A DNA stretch of 64,000 bases, taken from Balanoglossus misakiensis (taxonomy: Eukaryota; Animalia; Hemichordata). The stretch covers positions 5,915,808 to 5,979,807 of the forward strand of contig CM082585.2 in the NCBI GenBank assembly GCA_040954595.2. The letters are read 5' to 3'. A program made the translations under genes and the position numbers. This document shows, in pieces, positions 36,754-59,848 of this stretch (position 1 is its first letter; every line of letters begins with the position of its first letter). The notes beneath the pieces are model-generated. The model was not told the origin of the DNA, did not search any database, and saw nothing but the letters and a program-made list of their open reading frames with translations.

Positions 36754-39700
36754 TCACAAAATTAGCATGGATTCACATACACTGCATAGAAAGGTATGGA
36801 AAGGGTCTATCACCCATCTTTCCTGAACACTTTTGAGCAAATAAATTGTTGTAAAATTAGTTACTTCTGCTGCACGTTCAAAGAATGACACGCAACTTTT
36901 CTTAACCCTTTTACCCCCAGTTCCCTCTTTATAGATCCAACCTCACCATAGAAAACAATGGGTTTGGACCGAACCATTGTGGTGAAAGGGTTAAGTTGCA
37001 GATACTTACACACAATTCCTGGTCGCCAAATCTCTGTGAATGATTTTCAGTTTCCCCAGGTACTGCATTCCTTTGGTGATCTGGATCGCTATGGAAACCA
37101 AGTCTCTGGTTGACAAACCCTGCAATGATAATGAAATACATCAGTACAGCACAGGGCTTTGACATGGGACCTGGCAGGTACTTGTTTCACTGACTATTAA
37201 TAAAAAAAGTTTTTTTTCAGAAAAAAAATGATGCAATAGTAATTCTTACCTGATGGGCATCTGATGTTCTTCCATTTTTCAAATAATGTTTTAAATTTCC
37301 GTTGTTCATGTACGGAAATATCATTAGCGGCTGTTTGTCATCTTCAAAACACACATGCATGATGGGTAATATGTTCTGGTGCACTACGTCATGCAACATG
37401 GAGCTTTCTTTGATGAGTAACGACCTTTGGTCTTCCGAAGCTTGGTCTGAAATGGAAAAAAATATCAAATAGTTCACGTACATCAGTATGAATCACATTG
37501 TTACTAGCAGAGTCATCAATGGAGAATATTTCAGAAAATGTTAACGGCCAATGGCAGACGGAGTCAGTGATCACATGAGTCCTTTGGACCAATGAACTCT
37601 ACATGTACCTATAACTTGATTTTCCACACACCTGTGACAGTTTTAATGAAGACTTCTTTTTCTTCTTCGTGTTGGGAATCACTGTCGCTGGTCGATGTCA
37701 CGACATAGCCGTGATGCACTCTACCAAATGTCCCTACAAAGTGAAATGACAGACATGTCAGTATCTGTGATAATATCCCTTCTATCACAGAAGTATCCTT
37801 GTTTTAACAATCACGACAATTATTGATTATTGCAAAATGGGGTCAAAAACTATGCTTCTCTCATTGCTGAAATGTTAGAAGCACTTGCATCATATAACCA
37901 AAGCTGATACCCAGGGCTAGAGTGGTACTGGTACATGTACTTGATTTGGCGCTTTCATCTTACTCTGCAGAAATACAAACACCAAGCCATGAAAATTGTA
38001 CACACCTTCATGTAATAAATCTCCCAGTGTTATCTGGCTCCTTGTGACTTCAATTTCCTTTAATTTGGTTTTGTAATCCGATGTCTTGATGCCATTCAGT
38101 GGGTAATACCTACTCATACTGTTGTATACTGTGAAATAAAATATTATAATATTAGTGAGTCAGCAAGTGAGTGAATGAGTGATTGAGTGACTGACTGGCT
38201 GAGAGAGCAAGCCAAGCATATAGTTGAGCAGGCCACAAAGAAAAATACACAGTTGAAAATGTTCCTGACTGGCATTTGTTGCATGCAAAGACCACTCTAC
38301 TTTCTATTAATCAAAATTCAAACACCACTTTCAAAATACTGCATCCAGCATATAGGTGTAACATGTACATGTACACACTTTGACATGGACTAAGGTACAT
38401 GTAGGTACTGTAATTTTCATTGGTTAATCAAAGTATAGTTATTATTTACAATTTGACAGAAAAGATTTCATGGCCAATCAGTCATCTAAAATAACCAGAA
38501 ACTTCCTCCTTGTATAGAATTAATGGAGACAACCACTACATAAATGGTGCACAACCTACCTTGTCCATTGAGGTTATTTGGTCTCATACTGTTGTGTTCC
38601 ACTTTATCATAGACCGGCACAGGAGTGTGGTGAGTTGGCTGAAGGTGAGCTGACCCACTGATTTGGCTGAAATAGACAATCCCCAAATAACAATGTTACA
38701 TCCAGCAGGACACAGTGGATACGTATATGGGGGTTACAACAGCATACGTCTGTTCCCCCGAGGGACTGTGAGTTGCCCCAAATGGTCTGTTTCCCAAGAC
38801 TGATATGTATTTCATAACACACCCCATCCAAAATTAGCACAAATCAGCAATTTTCTCCATTGTTATCAGGTGTTACATGTTGTAGGTGACCCAGAAAGGT
38901 TTCTCGTGTTGAAACATTTCAGTTTGGACAGATTTCATTGTGTAGTGTAATCACTGATTTCATTGTGTACAGTATCATTGATATTGTATCGGGTACAGAC
39001 CTAAATAGATATTTATTTGATTTAAAATGATGCTGTGTGGGTTGAAAGACATGATTGTCATCTCGTACCTGACTCTATCCGATGACTTCATGGACTGGAC
39101 ATAGATAAACGCCACAATCATGGCGATCAGGAAAATGGTGCCACAGACAACACCAACAGCAATGTAAAACACACTTGTTGACGTCACTGACGACATCTTT
39201 CCCGACACTGAAAAGAAACAAAACACGACATGAATACATGTTCATCTAGGACACTAAGAATCAAACTTACCAATTCTGATGTTCAGAGTTTTCAACTATA
39301 ATTTTGTAGTTTAACTTAGTCTATTTATATTGTTCAGATATACTGTCACCTACAGCGAAATTAGCCACCATGAAAATTTGAGATCTCACTAATCACAGAT
39401 TTTCACTTGGGTGGCCACTCACAAAAAAGCGTCACCAACTGGTCATTAGAAGACATGCCCTTATAATCATTTACAGGGCTATGTAAATTCGAGGTGACTG
39501 TATTTCTTTAATGTGATAATTGTACATTCTCACTTTATCATTGTCACCCCTTAAAAGTGGCTTATGTCATTAACTGCCCATATTTTAAATCATAATGATC
39601 ATTATAACGAGTTGGATATCAGTTGAATTGCAAACTTTTTTCAGCATAAAAGAACTAGTATACAATTGATCATAAAATAATGGGATTTATATAACAGTTA

Positions 39701-42700
39701 CTATTACATCGCTCAGTGGCAGTATTGTCTGTGACATGTACAACATTCACAAAAACTTCAAAAGAAATTTTGTTCATAGTTATCTCTGGATAATGGCTTC
39801 ATGTGTACAGACTTGTATTGAACTGTCTTCTTACCTGATACAGACGAATTATCTGATGCTGAAATTCCATCTTTGGGAGTTGTGCCCGACTCCAACACAT
39901 CCTCATACCCATCTATAGGTAGATTAAAGAAAGATATCTGAGTTTTAAAATCACATACAAAGAAGTACTGTTGTGTTATAATGTGATCAGTTTGTGCTGT
40001 GCTGTCTTCAAGTTGTGTTGTGCTGTTCTGTGTTGGATTGTGTTGTGATGTGCTGTTTGTACTTTGCATTGTTGTTATTTGTCTTGTTTTGTTGTCTTGC
40101 TTTGATGTGCTGTGTTGTTATAATACAGAAACAATGACTTGCCATCATTTTCTTGTATTAAACAAGATTCATTGAGAAACAACCAGTAACAGTCTGGTAT
40201 CTCTGTGACATTTCCTTAAGTGTATACTAGTATAAAACCTCCAACAACAGTTGTGAGAAATCCCAATACATAAGCCTGTAGCTTGCCAACTAATGGTGGT
40301 GCCTGGCGCTTAGAAAATTTACTAACCCTGAAAACAGAATTTCCTTCTCTTGAAGTTCAAGGTTGTGATATTTGCAGCAGAATACGAATGCAGAGATATT
40401 TTCAGCTGTATCGTCAACGCAACCAGCCCCTGGCGAGTTCCAGTACAGACCAAAGACACCTGAAAAACTGGAACATCGATATAATTTCTGTTAATTAACA
40501 ATTCATTGATATCATTGTTAAACTATAAAATTTTAAAACAATTCCCTATCTAAATACATGTAATGTGAAATTCATGTGATATTGCACAAAACCTATAGAG
40601 AAATAGACAAGCTGAATACGGGGAAAATTGACACATGCCTCTTGAGAACACAAGAAAAACAAAGTTTATACAGAGAAGACCCTTCTCAAATGACACATGC
40701 AGAGCCTGGCATGCATACAGTGACACTTTCTCTTCCATTACAACTTATCCAGAGTAATCTCTCTTGGCATACACACATCAATATACAATGTACTTGTACG
40801 AAAAAAATGCGAAAACCGTTTCTAAACAATGCTATCACTTCCAACAGGAATATTAAAGTACACTGTATTCAACATCATCGTTCCCTTTTAGCATCAAACA
40901 GTTTATGTTCTTGGTTTTTTTTTCTCAAGGTGCAGATGCAAAAATGCGCCATGAAAGCGGGCTGAAAGGAACGAAACATTTCACACCAGGTGCAAGTTGT
41001 TAAAAGTATTTGCACATGAAAAGTCCAAGTACACCGTCTCCCAGCCAACCTTGGAGAGACTAGAGTCAAGTAGAAGGGGTAATAAAAGCAACAGGGCCAT
41101 TAAAAAAAGAATCAAATGGCTATAAATTGGCTGAATATGCATATGCATGAACAGACAAAAACATACATGCACAGACAGACCCTGGCTCTTCACACTGTCT
41201 TCTCATTACCAAGTAGATAATTGGAAGATTTGCATAACAATAGAACTGATTGGCATGCAAATGAGCCTTTATTGCATTCATAAAATTAAAGATCCCAGAC
41301 CTGTGAACCCTTGAAGACTAAAGAAGAACAGTGAATAACAATTGCTATTTTATTAGACCTTACGTGTACATGGCAGGACTTAAACATTTGATGGACTAAC
41401 CTGATTCAGTTTTGGGAACTTCACCGTCAAGGGGAATATTGACGTTGGGTTCTCGTAGAATCGACAGATCTTCAGATGTGAGTTGCATGGAGTAAAACAT
41501 CTGCTATTCAAGAAAAGCAGAAGAAGAAAAAAACGGCTCAAAAATTTACACAGACAGCCACAGCAAAGTCAGGTTTTTCAATGTACGTGACACGTTGATG
41601 AAATCAATTGCACGTGACGGTGTAGAGGGTAAATCTCGCCATAAAATCCAGAGAACACCACACACTAGTAATCTTAATTTGGTTTAACCCTTTCACCACC
41701 ATGATTCAGTCTCAACTCACTGTTTTCCATGGTAAGGTTGGACCTCTACAGAGGGAACTGGGGGTGAAAGGGTTAAATCATCAAAACTAGAGTCATATTA
41801 AATTAAATTTGATGTGTGCAGGAAATTTGCATGGTTCATTGGTAGACACGTAAAAATCAATCAAGTCTCTTGTGTAAACAATAATTCAACTCTCCACACA
41901 TCAAATTTAACGCCATCGTTTTGCATTATGGTTGATTGCCTAAAATCAATAAGATGCCTGGAAATTGTGTAATGGCAACATGGCCAGCTATTCTCCTTAT
42001 AAATTAATCTTCCGCATTATTGATTACTCCAAATAAATTAATAAGGGAATAAATCACTCTAATTTAAAGTCACGCTTCGAATTAACTTCAACCGTAAGTG
42101 ATCGCTGAAATGTGATCAAATTTACCACAGTGAGTCACGGTTCAATTTTAGCATAATTGCATAAACTCAATAAATATGTCAGTAGTACATGTTTGTAAGA
42201 GATGTACATATCAGTTGGTAGCTGGTAAAAATAATCACCCTATAAATCTCTCCATTTATTTGTAACATTTCCCCACTGACTGTAAATTGGCATTGTATGC
42301 ATATATCATATGTGTGCATTTCAGCCTGTTTGGAGATAAATTGCATAAATTATGAAAAATCCTTCAATGTACTAGTCAGTATGTACGGTAACGTTAGTCT
42401 CGGTTACCCAGAGCCCTCTGCTTCTTCCGTTAGGTACATCATTACATGTATGAACATAAAAAGTGTTCATTTGTTTGTTAGTTCATTTGATTGTTTTTGG
42501 GTTGTTTGTTTGTTAGATCATTCCTACACCTCCAAGCAAAATGGCTTCCACAAGAACACTGCACAAAATTACAAACTTATGATGACCACTAACACTAATG
42601 TTATCAATAACAACCAAAGACAGAGCTGAAAGATCACCAACTGAAAACGGATAAGAACTTGAATAGTAGACTGTGAGCTCACCTGTGATTCTGTTGTTGT

Positions 42701-45700
42701 AAACCAAGTGAAATTAAGGTGATCCACATGGAACGGAATGGGCAACTCAAAATGCAACGCATTCTCATTTATCATTCCCTCGCGCACGTAATATAACTGG
42801 GCGCTTGGCAGACCTGTCGTAGAAAACACAAGAAACATTGATATTAATTTCTGAAATACAGATACATGCTCCTAAATACATCTTTGTATCCTAATTCATG
42901 TCTTGTTCCTGTTTATTGATTTCAGCCCACGTTCAGACACGTTGTCTAGTGCAGAGGATTGTAAATCCCCTTGTGACCTAGAGATGTATGTTCTGGATTT
43001 CTCAAACCTCATTAGTATGATGATGCCAAGCATATTATTTTTTTTAATCTTTTCAGAAATCACAGTGATATCCAACAGACATGGCGACTGTCTAGTCTAG
43101 TGCCACACATCTAGGGGTAGACACAAACATGTAGACGTTCATGTACATTGTAACCAGCTCATTGACATGCAGACTACAAGATGTACTGTAAAACACTTTA
43201 TTTTCGCGAGCAATACATTTTCGTGAAATACGCGAGAGCCAAAATAGCGTGAAAATAAAAAGTCGCGTAATTTTTTTTTTAAGATAACGATGCAGTGAAT
43301 GAAATAAGAGAAGGAGAAAATTAACAGTCGTGAAACAGTGGCCTCTCTCGATATCGCGAAAAATTTCAACTCGCGAAAATAAAGTGTTTTACAGTATTTT
43401 GCACAATCTGACAAGCCACACCCCTGTCTGTCACACACAGAAGGTACAAAAGTATCCTCACAGTGCATCACAGGATAACAACCTTTCGTGACGGATAAAA
43501 TAATCTCAACCGTACAAATAATTCCAAATCTGCACCAGAAATGCAGAAAATGGGGCACAGTTCCCTTCAGGACATTCAGACGGAACACTACAGACAGGAA
43601 AGACTATTTATACCGAATTTTAGATTTATTCGCTATTTGTACGAGCGACCTACACGCATGTACACAATGCTGATGGTGGTATTCCAAATTTGATTTACGG
43701 GTGCTGACAGACTGATACATTAACATTTCACATCCACTAATACACACAACACTCCAGTCAAGTGTGGTCGAGATAACCACTGCACATTCGGTATTAACCT
43801 TTGACCTTTGCCATACTTCAACAGGCAAATTTGGAGGCCTGTTGCTAAGCTTGCTTCAAGGACAAAGCAAGTGCAAATAACGAAAAAAGCACCGCGATCT
43901 TAAAATAGACAGGTAATTTGTCCATTATTGCGTACTTCAGACAGATATAACGCCTGATATCCACCGACATTAAATATATCATTCTGTGGGAGAGATATAA
44001 TTATTGACTGTGACAGGTGTAGTGTAATATTATTTAAATTCCTATTGAGAGTGATACGCCGTGAAATGACACCGTGTCGAATGAAATATTCCCGTTTGGC
44101 CCCTGGTCGCCCCGGGCGAAAAAAGGAGGCCGACTAATTATTGTTATCATGTCAGCATGTACTGTCTGAGTGTGTCTAAAGTGTGTGTGTGCGCGATGTC
44201 AAGCTTGCCTACCACTGTACCAGACCCTTCTGTGTGTTGTTGAGTTGTTCGTGGAGTAGTTTCAGTGCATATACGACGGAGTGAAGTTCTGAGCGACATT
44301 CCCATGTTATCATGAGAACAGTTTTATGGTCAAAAGCATGGAATGACAATTTCTTATCAAATCAGTAAATCATTCAGATTTGACAGTCAACACAGGTCAT
44401 TTAAGTGACAACATCCCACCAAATCTCTACTTTTTTGTCCAATTCACGTCACCGTACGTCACATATACACATAACATAAACACTAATCTACAGCCTTGAT
44501 TTAAAATTATACGCCACAGTACTGTTAATTCAAGGTGGGTGAATCAAGCTTCTACATATCTGTCAATTATTTATACATTTCAGCGAAAAGAAAAAATACC
44601 ATCTTCCGTTGATACAAACATTCTATTCTCGTTTTTTTGGGTCATAATTTGCCACAATCAACATACTGAATTCAGCAACCACAACCACTTAAGGACACAC
44701 AGCAAACAGCACGCATATCACCACTACAATTTGCCTTGTTTTTCCCTCTCCGAACAGCATGCATGAAAACTCAATTTCTCAAGGGTGCAGGTTGCCGTGG
44801 CAACCGTCCTCATAAATTATTACACGACGAGTTGAAATCAGTTCAGCTTGGGGTTATTGTCGTAATTCACTGCACTCGCGTCGCAGATGATAAAATATTC
44901 TGCTTTACATTGTAAGCATATGACAAACCCACATCAAATTTGTCTCTCAAAATCGCAATATATATTTACGGCTTTCAACGTTCATTTCACAGAATTCTAA
45001 AACACTTAATTCCATTAGCATCCCAGACGCACTTGAATGGTCATGATATAATCCCATCGGTCAATAAAACAAAACAGCACTGATATCACATTCCTGATAA
45101 TTTCTGACTGATGTGCGAAAGCCAGGCTTAGCAATTATTGATCTGTGTGTTTGGGTGAATAGATGTCAATATTTCTATGCAGTGCCTTCACATTGATTTC
45201 AACATGTCTCGCTTTTAATTATTTCAAGAATTACACACCTTCAATTTTAATAAATTATTTTGTATGAAAAATTGCAAAATATATCCAAAATTATCAGTTT
45301 AATTTTACAAAACAACGACTAACTCATGAATAATTTGGAAATGAAAATTTTCCATGAATTATGAGAATGCCATTTCATACAAATTTCCCTAATGTATTTG
45401 AAAGACGAACATTCAGGTTAATATACCCTATACTTGTACATGTACTAGGACATGTACCCCACTTAGTATTATTAACAGTGGTTAAGAATACGGAGGAAAA
45501 ATGTAATTTGCAGTCAGTACGGGTAATAACGCCTATTATCATCTGTTTTATTAGAGTCATTATCATAGTTGCGTATTCAGCTTGGCGTCAACCCCCCAAC
45601 TGGCTTCTATTCTGGCTGGCACCAGCATAAATATTACATACTGTACTCTATGGCGATGTCTGCTCTCTGTAATTGACCCTACTTTCACGAACAAGAACCA

Positions 45701-48700
45701 TCTTTTGGAAAATCGTCTTTCAGTGATACGGTCAAAAAACATCTTCAGGTCTGATATTCGATTCTATATTATTAAAATCATAACTGCAATACTATCACTT
45801 GCTAGAAATCAGAATTAAAAATTCAAAGCACATTTGCAATACAAATCATGGACTTGCATACTGTACATTTGTACATACATGTTCTTGACCTGTGATGTTT
45901 TTCGACTATCACAGCTCAACCATAGGTCAAAGGTTATGAAAGGTGAGTATGTGGTCTGAAATGAGACGAGTGCCCTTTTGGAGGATGACACACCCCCTAA
46001 CATTTCTGGATGAGTTGTCACCCCCTCCCCTTCCCCCCATGCTGTTATGGATATGAGTCAGCCACAACTATGTGTGGGGGTCTGTAGTAATCAAGTGTTC
46101 GTAACCAAGGGCGATCGACCACCCAACTGCAGTCAAGGTCCTTCTACAAATTGTAGTCTTACTGTTTACTGTCATGAAGCCATCAACACCAACCGCACAT
46201 CATCTTACAATCTTTTCAGGAAACTAAGAAATTAATCATATCACGCCCTTTAAACCAAATTCACAGACAATTTGACAACACCTTTGCCAACCTTCCATAA
46301 CTAAACCTCTGCAAGTTATGACCTATATTTAAGTATATGTAATTTGAACTTCAAACTGGGCGTATTAATTTCATGAAGTCTAAGATAGTTTCCCGGACAG
46401 AGTCTTTACCGTGGACATCGGATAGTTTTGACCTCAACCTAACAATGTTCAGTATGTGTGTTCCATTCGCATTATGACATGTATTAACTGTACGACGACT
46501 ACACGCTTCAATATAGTAAACACCGAACACTATTTGCAACAGATCAGCAAAACATCACGTTCAAATTTCCTTGTATATTAATACTGCATAAAGATGTTCC
46601 AACGCACAAATACATAAAACCAAAACTTGCAACAGGAAATGTCTGGGCCATGTATGACTCACAGCCACTGCAGACCAACAATGCATTCTGAAATACAGCA
46701 CACAATCAGCCATACATTTCTATTCTATGATAATACCACAGGCACCTATTATGAATACGAAATGAGAAAGATGACTGAGACAGGCTGCCATCTTGGACTG
46801 GTCGGGTACGCTGATGAAAACCAAGAGCATTTATTTGCTAGTACCACGGATATTTCAAGTTTTATTTATTAGAGCTATCGATAAGATTAAATATTTACTG
46901 ACTGCCTCTTGAAAGATATTTCGGTTTATCGCAAATGTCATGTACGTATCGCCTGTTCAAGACAGCAGCCAGTTTTACAAAATTCAGACAAACAGAACAC
47001 TTATTTCTACTTCGCTGTCTGAAACCATCCAAGGATTGCATGTTAACCCTTTCACCACCATGGTTCAGTCCAAACCCATTATCTCCTATGGTAATGTTGG
47101 ACCTCTTAAGAGGAAACTGGGGGTGAAAGGGTTAAAGCAGAATTCTCTGCTGTCATTAATTCACAGCAGAATCCTAGAACAAAAAAGTCACGTAACCACA
47201 AAACCAGAGTTAACATAATTAGTTTCGAATATAAAAAGTTAACTAACTTACTAACACACTGATGGTTATTAACAGCTAAATGCCAATCTTCATTTTACAC
47301 TAATTTGCATCTAATGAATTTTCTAATTAAGACTCAGTCTTATTTTCTAATTAAGACTCAGTCTCATTTACTGTAACAATTCACTCTCTCAATGTCAATG
47401 AGGGCTTTGAAGATAAACGTCTTCTCATTAACTGCTGTACGTACTTGGCCTTGTATTATACAGTCAGAAATAAATAAATATTTCTAAAATGGAACCTTTT
47501 GACATTATTTTGCTAATTTTAGATTCATATAGGAAGATAGGCACTACAATATTTTACACGGTGTTACTGTAAGCATTTTGACTATGTGATGTCAATTCAC
47601 TGACTTGCAATTAACCCTTTCACCCCCCCCCCCCCCCCCCCCCCCCCATTTCCCCTTCTGGGGGTCCAACTTAACCAAAGAAAACAGTGGATTTGGACTA
47701 CAGTAACCAAAGTCTGTGGTGTTCATATCATGATCGCTTTCATCACTCTGTGATAACAGAAGAGACACACAGCGAAAATCACTCAATCGTATTACAATTC
47801 AGCATATGTAAAAACTCAATTCAACTTCCAGAACTTTTTTAGTCAAAACGTGATTTAATCAATATTTCTCTGTGGTTCATTATGAATAATTAATTTAATA
47901 AGTGTCTGTCTGCTATCATGTGAATGATTCATATGAATACAATTCACATACATGTAAGTGAATAGGGACTGCCAAGTTTTTAGTTTCACTCAGAAATAAA
48001 TGCCTTACAAACAGGTGAATTTATATATTTACTTAATCGCTAACTACCACGATGCTAATCGAACTCTTTCCTAAAAATAAAAATGCATCTCTCATTTTTA
48101 TTTAAAAGTTCATTTTCATATTTTGTTTAACTCTCTGATTTGTAATATTTTTCATCAGTACCATGTAGGTGAAATATACAGATATTGTGTTTGTTTGCTG
48201 TTGTTGATTACAAACACTTAAACAATATCGATTACATCATATGACGTTTAAAACCCAAATTGCAAATCAGTGTGAATCTGGTAAAAACAGGCATTTCCTG
48301 CTTAATGGTACGTACTCCCAGCACAGCATTTTATCACTGCCAGTGGTTTTGTTTAGTATATTCTAAAGCCGCACCATGATATCTTTACACGGCGAACACA
48401 CAACCGGATTGAATACCGCTACACAAAAGCAGGAAAGCCCTTTGAAAGGGAACGTCATTAACTTCATTTTAAATCGACACTAAGAAATCATTTAAAAGCC
48501 AACAAAGACAATGTTAAATACCAGGGCGGATTTATAAGATGTCATGATATCATGAAGGTAAAATGTATGTCGGAGATTTCACGGCCAAAGCAAGAGTATA
48601 TAACTGACAAATTCGAGCCTCACGCATCAACGCACACATTCTGTTTGGCGATCGCACAACGGCGAGCGATTTTCTCCCCAGGGGAGCCGACCATTCACAA

Positions 48701-49261
48701 AGACCAAGAAACAATTTCCAAACAAGTGGCCAAAACAGTCGGACTGGCTGTTTTTCTGGCCACTTCGAAAGCCTAGCCTCTGGTGCCATCGGTGCCGGAC
48801 AATGCCACCGTGCACGGTTGAAATTTGTAACCTGATCGCAGTCCTTGAAGATAAACCAACAACTCAAGTCAAAAAATGTCGCAGAGACGGCGATGGCCGT
48901 CTTTGAAATTCTGTGTGTGTGTGTGTGTGTGTTCCGATGCATGAAAAGCGGGATCGGGGAGGATCGGGGGTGATTTCGACCGATCAGTTCCCAGGTGGGT
49001 CTTCTTAGTATCGTGGGGAATCAGAAAAGATCAGAAAACAGAAATCAACACGACAATAAAGTGTTCAGTCACAGAGACTTGCAGTGTGCACTGTACTGCA
49101 TACCGAATACTGAAAGCAGGCGATCATGGCTGTCGTGAATAAGACTTACCCATCAGTTTCTCGACTTCTTCGTCGTTCATGTACAAATTAAAATTCCCCC
49201 AAACACAGACCAATGTCTGTAAACACAACAACAATCTCAACGGTATCCGCCAGCAGGCCAT
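35324..49261 (-). CDS. RYK: RYK/Derailed Wnt receptor (WIF domain, TM, atypical tyrosine kinase), ~14 exons
   Basis: Signal exon 49261-49150 (FNLYMNDEEVEKLMG); WIF exons LYYVREGMINENALHF, GEVPKTES and VFQVSLVCTG..LNFKRRKFC; TM VFYIAVGVVCGTIFLIAMIVAFIY. Kinase has GTFGRV, VFIKTV, HRDLATRNC, DNALARDLFP (DNA replaces DFG, diagnostic of RYK), CLGDNENRPVKW and CCWALSPDDRPKF. Confidence 0.95.
35735..35876. mobile_element. TA-flanked CAGTC(G/A)AACC MITE copy (Tc1/mariner-pogo-like)
   Basis: Homologous, in opposite orientation, to 52565-52875 and 55267-55356. Confidence 0.65.
36710..36750. repeat. (GA)n microsatellite forming the polypyrimidine tract of a RYK intron
   Basis: Read directly; it abuts the acceptor on the - strand. 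Confidence 0.9.
36902..36994. mobile_element. 93-bp piggyBac-like MITE (TTAA-CCCTTT...AAAGGG-TTAA)
   Basis: TTAA duplication and CCC/GGG termini. Equal-length copies at 41684-41776 and 47043-47135. Confidence 0.8.
39336..39511. mobile_element. Diverged copy of the Kolobok-like MITE seen at 27615-27808
   Basis: Shares GTCACCT, AATCACAGATTTTCA, GGGTGGC and ATGTAAATT.GAGGTGAC.GTAT..CTTTAA. Confidence 0.65.
41684..41776. mobile_element. 93-bp piggyBac-like MITE copy
   Basis: TTAACCCTTTCACC...GGTGAAAGGGTTAA. Confidence 0.8.
43184..43396. mobile_element. ~210-bp TA-flanked MITE with TIR CTGTAAAACACTTTATTTTCGCGAG
   Basis: Perfect 25-bp terminal inverted repeats with TA on both sides. Copies at 56786-56979 and 59353-59561. 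Confidence 0.85.
47043..47135. mobile_element. 93-bp piggyBac-like MITE copy
   Basis: TTAACCCTTTCACC...GGTGAAAGGGTTAA. A truncated copy with a poly-C expansion starts at 47611. Confidence 0.8.
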
Positions 49262-57296
<8,035 letters not shown>

Positions 57297-57812
57297 ATCC
57301 ACCTTCGACCGGCGGAAATATTACCGGTACCTTCAACTAGTAAAGGGTTGGCGAAGACCCTTGCTTTCTCCATGTTGAATTGCAACTGGTCCCCACGTTC
57401 TTGTAATCTTATTTTACCATGCTTGAAGAGACAGATTTCAAGTACATACCATAAAATAAATTTATAATACACTCCACGTTTTTCCTGGATTGTGGTTGAC
57501 AATTTCAGATTTAATTCTTGCTTCTGTGGTAAATGTCCTCCATATTCTGGGACACGGCACAGTTGTATACTACTATTAAGAAAAGCCACCCATGAGTTTA
57601 ATTGATTGATATACTATAAATGTGTTTATGATAAAATTGTTTAGCTATGAATATATCTAGGAAATTTATACACAAAGGCATTGAATATCTGTTTTGGAAA
57701 TTTCACATGCACCGACTGTAATTAAAACTGTTAGTTTTCTATTTTACTGTAGGAGCTGCAGACTAGAACTTCATTCAAAAAAGCGTTTTCTAAGATGCCT
57801 ATATTCTCGTAC

Positions 57813-57890
57813 CACAACACAGCGCAATGCAATACAATACAATACAATACTACACAACACAATACAATACAATACCAAACAATACAATAC
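57813..57890. repeat. (AATAC)n pentanucleotide microsatellite
   Basis: Read directly from the sequence. Confidence 0.8.
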
Positions 57891-59352
57891 AGTTGATGTA
57901 GATATGAGCCAGTACAATGTGGGCAGCTATGTCATGGAAGATATTTTCATATCAAATCAAATCATTTGCAAGACAATAGAGTGCATGAACCAGATACAGT
58001 CGTCCCCAACACGAACACATATTAGCGTATGTTTGACAGTTTTGTGCAAGGATGTTTCAGTGTGCACAGAGTCAAAATGCCAGGATGTAGAGGTCACTGG
58101 GGTCATGAAAGTAGCCTGCTGACATAAAACAATGGGACAGGCCATTGGTCACTGGTGGTGGTTTGATGGTTTGGGAAACTTTCCTCCACAGTTTGACACC
58201 AGAACACACATCAAGATGAACTCTTAGTCTTAACCAATCTAAATACAGAAAAATTCCCCCATTCTTTTAAATTGAGAGAAAAACATTAAACATGACACAG
58301 ATATTGGAAGTAGATATTGATAACATACATGAACTTAAATTGTGATAAACTTGTCCTTTATGTATCAAAATATTTTTTTAACAAACTGAAATTCATTTGT
58401 CAGTGACAGTAAGTCACATCATTAATTCAGCCTGTGTTCAAATGTTGTAAAGTTAACATCCTGTTGGGGTGAGACTCAAATGAGGTAAAAGTTCAAAAAA
58501 CATGGATTTAGTTTCATTTATACTCCTTTAAATTAACATGACAATTATATACACATAATGAGATAGTAACAGTCAAACAGACTTAGAATGTGTTGTCTTT
58601 GGAAGTTTCAATGTTGGGTAGTCCACCAAATTGATCCAAAATAAAATAAAAATGGGCATTGCAGAAAAAGCTTTTTCTTTTAAATGGTAAAATGGTAATT
58701 TCAAATAAATACTACACAATCACAAGACTAAATAACACATCATTTAGTTGTGCATTATCATGGCACCCCCCCCCCCCCACCAAAAAAAATATAAATTTAA
58801 AAACTACTTGGGATAAAAATATAACTACACATCTTCAGTCCCCCTTTACCATGTATTTTGTTATTATAGTAAAAATCAAGGGTTAAGTACATTTCTACCA
58901 GCCAAACATGCTAATTGTGTATTACATTTTACCAATCAATTCTGTTCAGACCCGATCTTTGATCTCGATGAAACTACAGATAAAATATGACATTGGATGT
59001 CTTATGCAATCAATGTGAGATCAACACCTACTGGGAATACAGTGCAAATCACTTCAACATAAACTGATACAAATTCTTGGTTTCTGCTGAACTAGTTCAA
59101 AGCCTCTCCATGGATTATTGGCAGTGAGAAAGTACAAAAGCATTTGGGTGAAAAGTTGTTCCGGGATCATATTTCATCGCAGAATAGGATGCGTTGCGCG
59201 TTTCTGAAGACACAATACTTCTGGCAGCAATGGAAGTTGGCCACTGGAAACATCGAAGAAGAAAACAGCTCACTTGTCCAAGGATTTGTACTCTGAATCT
59301 GAAAATATAAAATACAAAATTAACCAACTCTGTTGATATATTCCATCAGTAA

Positions 59353-59561
59353 TACTGTAAAACACTTTATTTTCGCGAGTTGAAATTTTTGCGATATCGA
59401 GAGAGGCCACTGTTTCGCGAGTATTAATTTTCACATTCTCTTATTTCATTCACTGCATCGTTATCTTAAAAAAAATTACGCGACTTTTATTTTCACACTA
59501 TTTTGGCTCGCGCGTATTTCGCGAATATTTATCGCTTGGGAAAATAACATGTTTTATAGTA
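59353..59561. mobile_element. Copy of the CTGTAAAACAC MITE family (inverted orientation)
   Basis: Reverse-complement match to 43184-43396. Confidence 0.8.
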
Positions 59562-59848
59562 TTTAACATGTAGCTACTTGGACAGGTTTGGAAGCAAATC
59601 TAAAAAGTTGGTTTTGGTCAAAGCAACACCGTAGCTCACATATGTGTGTTGAAGCTACCCTCACCCCTTGACATTCAACCACAATACACTATTAGTTATC
59701 CCGACTCTTATCCTGGCTGTTAGTGGGAAATATCAAGGCAGTATATGTTTAGGTTTAAAGGGACAATGTTGCAGTACCAACGGAAATCACATCACCGACC
59801 AAAAGACACCACCATACACCAGTATATAGTACAGCAGTAACAATGGGG

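Noticed and set aside
40981-41193. Possible extra RYK exon
   Set aside because: The flanking WIF exons already join in frame (GEVPKTES|VFQVSLVCTG), matching RYK without it.
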